Shown here: in pieces, positions 11,398 through 22,114 of the stretch
Position numbering within the stretch: the stretch's first letter is position 1
Layout: the number at the start of each line of letters is the position of its first letter
NCBI GenBank assembly: GCA_037447605.1
Contig: CM074807.1
Coordinates: forward strand, 1,178,001-1,242,000
Origin: Zygnema circumcarinatum SAG 698-1b
Lineage: Eukaryota > Plantae > Zygnematophyceae
DNA length: 64,000 nt
Reading direction: 5' to 3'
Notes under the pieces: model-generated
The model's database searches: none
What the model was told of the DNA's origin: nothing
Seen by the model: only the letters and a program-made list of their open reading frames with translations
Program-made: the position numbers and the translations under genes

Positions 11398-14300
11398 ATG
11401 TCGAAGCAGCCGACGAGTTATACGCTGAAGGTTACCCATGGGCAATTTAACCACGAGATACAGGTTCCCAGCACTGCAACTTTCGGTATTCCTTTAGTGA
11501 CTCTCCGTCTTCTTTAGTCAATGCATTTCAATAACATTGTCGTGGGGGGAATTGTTTTTTCTATGGAGGGGGAACACTTGCGAACGTTTAGAAGGCGTTT
11601 GCTGAGTGTTTTCTTCGTTTCTCTGAAGTTGTTAGGTCTTAAGGGACAGATATCTTACTCATTATTGAAAGCATATGATTATGAATTTTTGGAACTAGGG
11701 ATGATTTGCGCAATCGCACTAAGGCAATGACAACATTTGCGAGTAGCAGACCCTTCGTAATTTATTTGGGTGGTTTTTCACTTTCATTAGCACTTGACTA
11801 GTGGGCTTGGATGCTAACCGAGGACCAGCTAATCGTGTCTTTTGTCTCGCTTCAGTTGTTCAGCTTAATCTGAGTCACTGGTAGTGCACCTCCTAGTGTT
11901 AGCACTATAACTATCGCTTACAAGTTACAATCCTATTAGCGAAGAATGAAACAATTGTGAATTAGGGAAGGGTTGTAACCACCTGTTTGGAGAATAGTTA
12001 CATTAGACTGCAAGGTGCGACTTGTATTTTTTTTTTTTTGTATTCATGATGATTCATTTTCTTAATGATATATGCAAGAGAACTTGATTAGCGTTTTCCT
12101 AGTTTCGAGAATGCAATATAGTCACAACAGCCTACGGAAAAGACCTGTTTTGTACCAGTTTTTATGCTGACCAGCATTCCAAACTTACCTTAATGCGTGC
12201 AGGAGAGGTGAAGAAGATTCTTGTGGAGGATACCTTTTTGCAGCCGTGGGAGCAACGCCTTCTGTTCAGGGGCCGAGAGGTGACTGATGAGGAGACCATC
12301 TCGGATGCGGGAGTGAAGGACCGCGCGAAGTTAATGCTTTTAGAAAACATGGCAGCAAAGGAAAAGGAAGAGGAGGAAATGAAGCGAGCGGAAGAACTCA
12401 GAAAGGCCACCGCTGCTCTAGCAGAGGTGCATGCAGAAGTGGACAAGTACCAAATGCAAGTGAGGACACAATTTGCCCCTGCACTCGCACTCATCGTATG
12501 CACGTCTGGGTTGGGGATCAGGATCAGGTCTTATTGCGTATGATGACTAATAGAAGGCCAGTCTTTACGGACCATTTTGAAGACTGGAGTTGAGTAAGAA
12601 TCATTAGTAGCAGACAAGTCTGAAGGCAATGCGAAACCTAGTAATGAGGACAAAAAGTGTAACTTGTGGCTTGCGCAGCAGTGCATGTAGGTTAAGATTT
12701 AAGTTAAGGTTAAGTTTTGTACCTTGAGAAAGCACTCGAACAACTCAAAGAGTCAAGCATTTTTCCATACTTGAAATCATTCACAGTTTTTCCATAGGGC
12801 AAGATGTAAGATGGATTTCTATTGTGTTGTACCAAAATTATCTAGTGAGCTCAATGGGAACTAGCAGTATTTTCATCGAACAATCAAGAAGAAACTCAAC
12901 CGCGCTTAAAGAGGCCTTTGAATAATGATGTGTAATCATTGTTCAGCATTCTCTTCATGATTAGAGCACATCTACTCGCATTTAATCTGTTCAGATAGTC
13001 ATCTTGGCCCTGGATGAGTATGCTGACTTCGATTTTTGTCTTCTGCTTGTGAAGATCGGAAACTTGAGAAATGTCATAAACGAAGGTGGCAAAGTGGTGG
13101 TCAAAGAGCTGGCCATCATTTCTGAGCTTCTCATGCGGCAGTTGTTGAAGCTGGATGGCATAACAGCAGAGGGCGAGGCAAAGCAGCAGCGCCGGGCTGA
13201 GGTGAACCTCCTCACCTCCCTGAATAGCATCTCGTCTCGACCACTGGAGATTGGATATTCAGGAGCATATTCCCCGGTGCAGTCCTTTCTGGGTCATCAC
13301 ATGCTAGTTGTGTTATGTTAAAAGTATTTGTTGGATTATGTTAAAATGTTTCTCCTTGAGTTTCACAATGATGAAACTTCTCTAAAGCTCTCACTATTTT
13401 GTGGACGTGTGAATGCGTGGTGTCGGGCAGGTGAAGCGAGTGCAGCAGCTTGTGGAAGAGGTGGACCTCCTCAAGGGAGGGGCTCCTACCCCTGCTTCTG
13501 TTGCAGGTTCGCTCTCCCCAGCCTCAGCCTCAACCTCAACCTCAACTTCAACTTCGGAAGTTGACTCTGTTCAAGCAGCTGTCATGAATGCCCTCGCTCG
13601 GCGGCGGCAGGCCATCTCCACCGAAGTGGAGCCTTTACCTTCCAGGCCATCACTAATCATCAAAACAGACTGGGAATCTCTCGACCTGAATGAAAGTAGC
13701 AGACTGGCAGTCCGAGCAGATTCACCTTCTGCTGTTTCTGTTTCTCGTTCATCTTCTAAAGATGAGCAGCAGGAGCAGCCCAAGCAGAGTACAGCACCTC
13801 AAACTGCCCGTGTAAGGCCTCCCAGCCCTCGAACCATAGCAGCTGCACGTAGAGGCCCGGATTTTCCTTTGCAAACAGGTCGTCAAGATTTTCAAAGCGG
13901 GAATGTTCTTAAAAGGGTAGGGAGTATGAGCCCCACCAGCCAATCGTCGCCTTCTTCTGCAATTCCTCCCGGGCTTGGTAACCGTTCTCGGCGTTCCCTC
14001 AGTTTGGAAGACCTGAATAGTAGCACATATTCACCTCCTGTAAGCCCCGCCGGCACAGTGCGCTCTGCATTGCGCTCGTCTCGCTCCACCTCTCAAATAG
14101 TTTCTCCTTCTCTTGCCGATTCCATAAGCACATTTCCTCCAACAGCACTTCCAAAAGGAGCTGTAGGTAGCCCGAGAGGCACAGGCAGGAAGGTACGGTT
14201 TGCTCCCAGTTCTCCGTCAGGTTCAACTCGTACGTCTCCCCAGCCAGTAGCAGTGGGGCTAAGTACATTTCCTTCTGCCGCAGTCTCTCAGTTGGTAACT

Positions 14301-15314
14301 GGGACAAAGGCTCGAGAGAATGGGGGGGATAAAGCTCCACCGCGAGAAGAGCTGAGCACGTTTCCTCCTACATCAGTTCCGTATGTCCAAACTGAAAACG
14401 TTGTGAAGACATCTTCGCGGCCAAGAACTTCCCGAAGTAGTAATAGCAGGCGGGATTCCTTGGATTCGCAGGGGAGGCCCATTGGAGGCAGTGAAGCAAG
14501 GGCAAAAAGCTCCCCATCTGCGGCAGAAGGTGGTGCTGCTATTGCTGCCAAAGTGGCTGATGAACAACTTGTTGAAGGGGGCAAGCCAACAGCTGCTCCA
14601 TTGGGACGGCACTCAAAGGGACTCGGCAATGTCAGGCAGGATACAGATCTCCGCACAGCAACGTTAAAGTTGGCATCAGCTAATTTGGGAGAGGAGAACA
14701 TGGGGGTTTCTCCGAGCAGAGAAGCTCGAGAAAGTGTAAGAGTTGTCAGACAGTTTGCGGGGGGTGTCAGTCCAGTGGGAGGCGAGACAGGTAGTAGCCG
14801 CGTAGCAGTTGGAATGTCGCGAGCTCCATCAAATAAGCCACAAGCGGTGGAAGTCTTAGACCTCATCTCATTCAGAACCGAGTTTCAGGAATCTGCAGCA
14901 GCACCCAATGGTGGAGGGGCAGTAGTTCCTTTCCTCCCGCAGGCCATGCCCACTATAGGGGACACCCATGCGACCAATCCCAACAGTTTCACTTCCAGCC
15001 AAGAAGCAGATTTGGGCTGGTGGCCCTCCTCGAGTCCTACTGCGCATCTAATGTCCACAGGGCCTCTCCCAGCTCTTGAAAATGCTTCTTCTTTGACTGG
15101 GTTTCCTGCCGGACTGGGAGGGGAGGGCATAGCCTTACCAGCTTCCCAGGACACTTCTGTTGAGTCTCAGTCCTTAGAGGTAATGAGATTCTCTGACACC
15201 AATCCCTTCGCGCGATCTTTGCCCAGGGAGGGGGGATTTCCAGGGGACACCCTCAGCACGAGAGTGAGCTCTGCACCTGCTGCTCCTGCACCTCTGTGGG
15301 AAAAGTTCGATTGA
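11398..15314 (+). CDS. BAG: BAG-family co-chaperone (ubiquitin-like + BAG domain) with long Ser/Pro-rich C-terminal extension
   Basis: Exons 11398-11485, 12203-12459, 13055-13201 and 13431-15314 are all GT-AG and in frame. UBL: LKVTHGQFNHEI..F|GEVKKIL..QRLLFRGRE..AGVKDRAKLMLLE. BAG domain: ELLMRQLLKLDGITAEGEAKQQRRAE|VKRVQQLVEEVDLLK. This matches the plant BAG1-4 architecture. Confidence 0.9.
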
Positions 15315-15937
15315 GGATCTCTGTGGGAGCGGAATTAGGGTTGTAGGAAGAGCTCTAGGGAAGGAAGAAGCCGCTGAGTTTGTGGTGTTACTGAGGCACC
15401 TGCATTAGGACAATCCCTAATGAAGCTGCAAGGAGAATACAGAGCCAAAGCTTCGCGCATCCTTGGTCTGTGCATAAATTTTAATTCGTTAGGAGCCCTA
15501 GTTTTTTGGTCTCTGACCTTTCTCGGTTTGATTGAGAGGCGGAGCTTGGTCCTTTTTATCCGAGGGTTCTCTATTGGAGCTTTCGAAACATGATCTCTGT
15601 GGTTGGATGAGAAATCCCACCTAACCAAAGGGGGATCCTTATATCCGTAAATTTACGGCATGGAAATCCCTTTGTACTGAGACTGCGTGTTCTTGTTGAA
15701 AAAGGCATCAGTTGTTTGCGTGCAACTACTACTCCCATCTCTGATCGGTCTTTACAAGAGGGTTGGCATATGGAAGGCAATCTGTCGGCACAGTTGAAGT
15801 ATGCGATGGAAGTAAACAATTGCAGGAAGTTTTGTTTGGTTGATCAGGTTCATTCCAGTCACATTCTCCAAAGTTCAGTACCTACTCGAAGGATCTGTGC
15901 ACAAGCCGGACCTTGGGTTAACGTTCGCTTATGGTTA

Positions 15938-16095
15938 CAACCATTGGACTCAATGGTTGACAATCAATGCCAGTGGTTGGTAACCAAAGTGTTTGGCAGC
16001 CATGGAATCCAACGCCCCCCATATTCGTTGGCAGCCTCGATCAATCGTTGTCAACGATCGCAATCATTGGATTCAATGGTTGACAATCATTGCCA
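15938..16095. repeat. Degenerate repeat of a palindromic unit
   Basis: CAACCATTG-GACT-CAATGGTTG forms a 9-bp hairpin near 15938. A near-copy, CATTGGATTCAATGGTTGACAATCATTGCCA, lies near 16064. Confidence 0.55.
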
Positions 16096-17389
16096 GGTTG
16101 CATGCCCCGCTGGTTGGTTTGCTGACTCCTACCACTGGCAAGAGTTGGCTTGAACCAAATCAACAATTAGAATGATTAACAACGATTGCCAACGTTGGAG
16201 GTTCAAACAATCGAACCATTGGCCAGACAACGGCAAATTGTCAAACTATGGTTGCGGATCCAATAATCCAAACTGTGGACCACCTCTGTGCGGTTCGTAA
16301 GCAGCATCCACCATCTGCCTTACATCAATGGGCTTCCGCTGGTTCCATTTGCTTTCTTAACTTGATTTTAATCAAAACCAGCGACCGATTGGGCCGCCTG
16401 CAGGCTTGCGATCGAGTGAACACAAGTCGCCTCTTGGCCCTATGTTTACGCATAAGCTACTTTTGACCCAGACAGGCTTCTACTCTGCTGCTGTTTGACA
16501 GTGGGTGGCTTCTCTCTGCAAGTTAATCGAACGTCACCGACACCTTCATGTTCCATGCCCGAACCCTTCCGTGGCACTTTCCTGTCTCTTCTGTTATTTC
16601 AACAAGTCTGCATGCCATGTAACAGGCATTTTCTGTTTGCTGTTATTCAGCACATTCGTATGCAAGCGAGTTGTTTCCATTCAGTCCTCCCCCAGCGAGG
16701 AGAGCCACCCGCAGGTGGAGCACTCCCCTAGTCCAAAAAAGCAAAGCGCAGCACCATACACCCCCCCCAAGCCTCGACTGCCATTGAAAAACGACGGAGA
16801 TTAGAGGAGAGGGACACCACATGCCCCATGTGGCCCCTCAGCATCCTCGCATGCAGAAACACATGGCTGATTGGCTGCCTCTCCCACAAACCCCATCTGG
16901 AACGATACCTTCTGGCCTCTTTCTTCCTACTGACCCACTCTTATTTTCTTTGTCTATTCGAGAACACTTCCAGCAGCAGTCACACTCTGTTACAAGTTGC
17001 CCTCTTTTCGTCTCTCTCTATTGCCCCTACCCTCACTCTCGTTCTCACTCTCCCTCTCTCTCTCTCTTTCTCTTCCTTCTTCCTATGCATCTCCCCTGCT
17101 TCAGCAACGATTGGATCTGCGCTTGCTAGATAAGACACTAAGTGTCTCCGCATGCACCTTGTCCTCTGTACATTTTTACACCTATTTCTGCTGAACTTAT
17201 TGCGCTCGTGCGAGGCCTCTAGTTGCACAGGAAACGCAGAACCGTTTGAAGTTCCAAAAAACCTGGCGAGCTTCAATAGCGTACAGTCGTGGAATGCCGC
17301 AAGGAGTGGTGCTTGTGATGGGTCCTCCATCAAGCAGACCGTCTAACTCATACATCTCCAAATTCCCACACGATCGCCACCATAGGTGC

Positions 17390-19919
17390 TTATGCTGCTC
17401 GAAGGATTTTAAGTAAAGCCGCAGCCTGCAAGGAGGAAAAGCAGCATAGCAGGGGACAGTTAAGAACATGACTTAGAACGAATACTGAAAATCGTTTGCT
17501 GGAACTACAATAAGCAAAACCAAGCCAACCATGACGAAAGAAGTGCTAAATCGTTACTCGGCCAACAAACCCAGTTCTCGACTTTGACAGAATTGATCCG
17601 ATCAAGTCTTCGAACTACCATCAACTTAGAACATCGAAGGTTACGAAGAGTCCTACTTTGGTTCTGACGCAATTTTGGGTTCCCACTCGAGTTCATGCAG
17701 CTCGTCATGCACAGGCTGCATGGCAGTGCAGCCTTACCTAATTACTAATCCATTTGGTTGAACACTCTGGACTGCCAAGAAAGGTTCTTACTCACACCCC
17801 TATCTCTGCGAACTAAACACATTCAGTGTATCATCAAGTATTTAGGCACTGGTCAGACAACCAGAGTGACATGACATAGCCATCAGAACTTCCCCCTCTC
17901 TCCCCTCCCTCTCTCCCTCCCTCTATTTCACTTTCCCTCTCCACTAAGACATTACAGAATAGTTCCCAGAGCCGCAATAGCCCACGTAGTATCCCTCTAT
18001 CAAAGTGTCCCCTGCATATGTCGTACCTTTTCTCTGCCTCTTGAGGAAGTGCTTTGTGATAGGGGCAAGAGCGGAAACACTCCTCCCTCCCTCTTAATCG
18101 CATCCACCCACTTCGCATTCGTCGTTGCAAGCTGCAAAAGGCAAGCAGTAGCATTGATTCTGGATTTTTCCGTGTCCCCCGACTCGAGTACTCCGACAAG
18201 AACCCGAATCCCCTTCATCTTCTCGACCAAAACACAAGCTTCAGGGGTCTTCGTCAAGATAGCAAGCAGCGCCATGGCTTCCTCCTCAACTCCGCAAGCA
18301 CCGGGAGACTCCAACACTTCCATGATGTTAAGTACACAACCAGCGTTCACAATATCGATTCGGCAATTAGGGTTTATGGCAAGGTTGAACAGGCCAATTG
18401 CCGAATCTTTGCGTGCTCTCGTGTTCCCTGTCGCGAAAAGATCAACGAGTAAAGGAACTGCACCTGCAGCGATCACTGCAGTTCTGCCTTCAGGAGCAAC
18501 AGTCAAGCTACTGATAGCACCTGCTGCATGTTCACGGGCTTTTGCAGTGTGTGCTTCATTGATGGCTCTCACAAGGGGCTCTACTGCTCCTGCCGCTACC
18601 ATTTTCACTTTCGCTTCTACCTCCAGAGCAAGATTTAGGAGCACAGTTATGGTGTGCTCTTGAATGTGAGGGACCCTTGAACTCAATAGCGGCAATACTG
18701 CAGGAACAACTCCCAGCTCTCCCATTCTCTGACGAGTTTCCTTCGATATTTTGGTTATATTCCAGAGAGCAGTGATAGCATTTGAATGCTCCTCCAGCCG
18801 AGAGGCTGCACTTCGTCCTTCATCGTCAGAGCTTCTGCTGCAGGGAACCGTATTTTCCTTCGCTTGTTCGCTTTCTCTGGTATCTACCACAATACCATCA
18901 AACTGCATAATAATAGCGTCCTCCACAATCCTCAATAAACCTAATATTGTTTCGTCGTCTACTGTTTCTGGCTGCTTCCGCGGTGATAATAGAGCTGCAA
19001 AGCTATGCCGCCGCATCAAAGCATGACGTGTAGAAACAACTTCTCCCACAAACTCCGACTTACCGAGCTGATTGCTGTCACAAAACTGCTTTTTTTGCCC
19101 GTCAGACATGTTGAAACTTGAACACTTCCGAAAAGGCTGCATCGGAATCTCAGTGAGGCTCAAGTTCGTGGGAAGTTCTGATATTGATCGTCCGTTCCTC
19201 TTCCCGTTCTGACCCGTCTTACTATTGTCCGCTCCCTCTCCCGCTTCACTATCCTTCCCCGCCTCCTCACTTGAACACCCCGCTGGCTCTTCTGACTCTC
19301 TCTCCCCCCCCTCTCTGTACAGATCCTTCCTCTCCCTGCCATTCGTACTGCTCGTACGCATCATCATCTTCCTCAACTCGTTTATCCTCTTCCCTCGCAT
19401 CCTGGAATCCTCCCCCCCTCCACAGTTCAAGCCTTTCCTCTCCTCCCTCCTCTCCGCATCCTCCTTGACCGTGCCCTGGTCCGGCAGCTCCCTCCCATGC
19501 GCCGCGCACCACCTCCGGATGACCTCCCGCATCGCGACGTGTGCCTGCAGCTCCTTACACCGCAGCGCCACGTTGTTCTTGGGACACGTGTCGTGGCCCT
19601 CCCTGAACCACCTCTCAATGTACGCCCTCTCATACGTCTGCCCTGACGCCGTCACCGCCGGGTCCACCATCACGTCCAGCGACAGCGGGCACACAAACTC
19701 GGGCGGCGCTGCCGACGACAAGCCCGCAGCTTCCCACTCCTGCACAGCCTTCAGCAGCCTCTCCTCCGTGTACAGCGCCGGCTGTACACACCCTCCCTCC
19801 GCCCCTACCCCTCCCTCCCCCCCTACCCCTCCCTCCCCCTCCCCCTCTCCTCCTCCCTCCGTCAGCCCCCTCTCCACTACACCGTCCTCCCCCCCCCTAA
19901 ACTCCCGCGACGGCGGCAT
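17390..19919 (-). CDS. U-box/ARM-repeat E3 ubiquitin ligase (PUB paralog 1)
   Basis: Exon 19919-18027 starts MPPS like paralog 3. It has a U-box (PPEFVCPLSLDVMVDPAVTASGQTYERAYIERWF..TCP) and ARM repeats, and ends GREK|GT. Terminal exon 17425-17390 follows a TTGCAG acceptor and reads AAALLKILRAA*. Confidence 0.9.
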
Positions 19920-20786
19920 GCCACGTGGCCCTAAGCCCTCCCCTCCCCTCCTCTCCCTCTTCCTCCTCTCCCTCCTCTCCCTCCCTCCCACGCCCACTCC
20001 CTTCCTCTGCACCCGCCGCCGCCACGGGACCCCTCCGCTACTTACGCGCGTGCCGTACGGCGCCATCATCACGCGCCAGCGGTTGTACGATATTCGTACG
20101 AGAACCCATACGGACGCGTCAGTGCGCCGCCCGGGAGAGGGGACTCTGCGAGGGCGCCAGGCGGTCGGGCAGCGCCGAAATGTTTCCCAGGGCGGACCTT
20201 CAGAGGGAGCGGAGCAGGACAGCGGCACAACTTGTTTTTTTTTGGGGCTGCCCGGCGGGGCCCACCAGCTTGTCGGTAGGTGCCTGGGCGGTCAGGTGCG
20301 CCCCCCACCCCTTCGCGCCAAAACGTGGCCTGGCCGCGCGCCTACGTGGCCGCCTCCCGACGCTCTGCGCGTCTGTACTGCTGCCACGTGGCAGACGGCT
20401 GGCGCGCTCGGCGGCGGAATCTCGCCGGGTTGTGCCACGTCATTGCGGGCTGGCGGGCGGCAGTCCCAATCGGCGGGCGCGTCCTTCCGGGTTTTGTGCG
20501 GCTTGGGATAACTGTCCGTACAGCATACGGACGAGGGGCGCGAGAGGACGCGGCTTGGGGCCAGAAGGCGTGCCAACGGTGGGGCTGACGTGGTGGACTC
20601 CCATTGGTCGAGAGCCGGGCGGTTTGGCGGGACGCGGGGACGCCGGAAACGCGGGCCGGCCGTATGCACGTACGGACGGGTGGTCCTTGGCCGTGGGCGA
20701 GTTGGCGGAGGGCGGTCCTTGGGAGGGCTGGGGAGGAAAAGGACGGGGACGACAAATTGGGGACGAATTGACGAATTGACGAATTG

Positions 20787-21779
20787 GGGAGGGCGGGAAG
20801 AGAGGGAGAGGGGTGAGGGGGTGAGGGGGAGAGGGGAGAGGGGGGGAGGGGGGAGAGGGGAGAGGGGGAGAGGGGGAGAGGGGGAGAGGGGGAGAGGGGG
20901 AGAGGGGAGAGGGGGAGGGGGAGAGGGGGAGAGGGGAGGGGAGAGGGGGGGAGGGGGAGAGGGGGAGAGGGGGAAGAGGGGAGAGGGGAGAGGGGAGAGG
21001 GGGAGAGGGGGAGAGGGGAGAGGGGGAGAGAGGGGGAGAGAGGGAGAGGGGGAGAGAGGGGGAGAGGGGGAGAGGGGGGAGAGGGGGGGAGAGAGGGAGA
21101 GGGGGAGAGAGGGAGAGGGGGAGAGAGGGAGAGGGGGAGAGGGTGGGTGGGAGGGAAGGAGGGGAGGAGGATGGCTGGGAGGGAAGGAGGGGCGGAGGAT
21201 GGGTGGAGGGTGGGGGCTGGGAAGGTGGGAGGGTGGGGGGTGGGAAGGTGGGAGGGAGGGAGACGGAGGGAGGGTGGGAGGGAGGAGGGAGGGAGGGAGG
21301 GAGGGAGGGAGGGAGGGAGGGAGGAGGGAGGAGGGAGGGAGGAGGGAGGGAGGGAGGGAGGGGAGGAGGGAGGGAGGGAGGGAGGGAGGGAGGGAGGGAG
21401 GGAGGGTGGGTGGGGGGTGGGAGGGTGGGGGGTGGGGGCTGGGAAGGTGGGAGGGTGGGGGCTGGGGGTGGAAAGGTGGGAGGGAGGAGGAGGGAGGGAG
21501 GGAGGGAGGGAGGGAGGGAGGGAGGGAGGGAGGGAGGGAGGGAGGGAGGGAGGGAGGGGAGGGAGGGAGGGGAGGGAGGGAGGGGAGGGGAGGGAGGGAG
21601 GGAGGGAGGGAGGGAGGGAGGGAGGGAGGGAGGGGGAGGGGGAGGGAGGGAGGGTGGGGGGTGGGAAGGTGGGAGGGTGGGGGCTGGGGGGTGGAAAGGT
21701 GGGAGGGAGGGAGCCGGGGGGAGGGTGGGAGGGAGGGTGGGGGCCGGGAAGGTGGGAGGGTGGGGGGTGGGAGGGTGGG
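20787..21779. repeat. ~1-kb G/A-rich polypurine tract, (GGGGAGA)n then (GGGA)n
   Basis: The + strand is almost purely G/A with a few T. It generates several spurious Pro/Gly-rich ORFs on both strands. Confidence 0.95.
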
Positions 21780-22114
21780 CCCTGCAAGGCCGCATAGAGT
21801 GACTGGGACATAATTCATCAAGGCTCCCATGCTGTTATAACGAGGGTTGACACTCCCAGCCATTGCATCCCTAGACCGACGGCCCAACACAACATGACCC
21901 ACCCAGCTCACACGTAGAGGTTGTAAATTGAATGTGAACCTCATAAGAAGGCTCGCGATTAATTGTAATCACCTCAAGTGCACGAGTTCGTGTAAAAGTT
22001 CAACACAGAACATCAAACTCAACTCTACAGTGTTAGCCAAAAACAAACCACCTCTTACCTACCCCCCCTCAATCCCAACTCAGAAATTTGCAGTTACCAA
22101 ATGCAGCCCCCTTT

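Noticed and set aside
16980-17469. Minus-strand ORFs downstream of PUB paralog 1
   Set aside because: Only 17425-17390 fits as the conserved terminal exon; the rest is likely UTR or intergenic.
19920-20228. N-terminal extension of the 742-aa PUB ORF
   Set aside because: The ORF track starts at a non-ATG codon in GC-rich promoter DNA; the MPPS start at 19919 matches paralog 3.
20292-21944. Long Pro/Ser/Leu- and Gly/Glu/Arg-rich ORFs (up to 550 aa) on both strands
   Set aside because: They are products of the stop-free G/A tract, with no domains; all frames are open.
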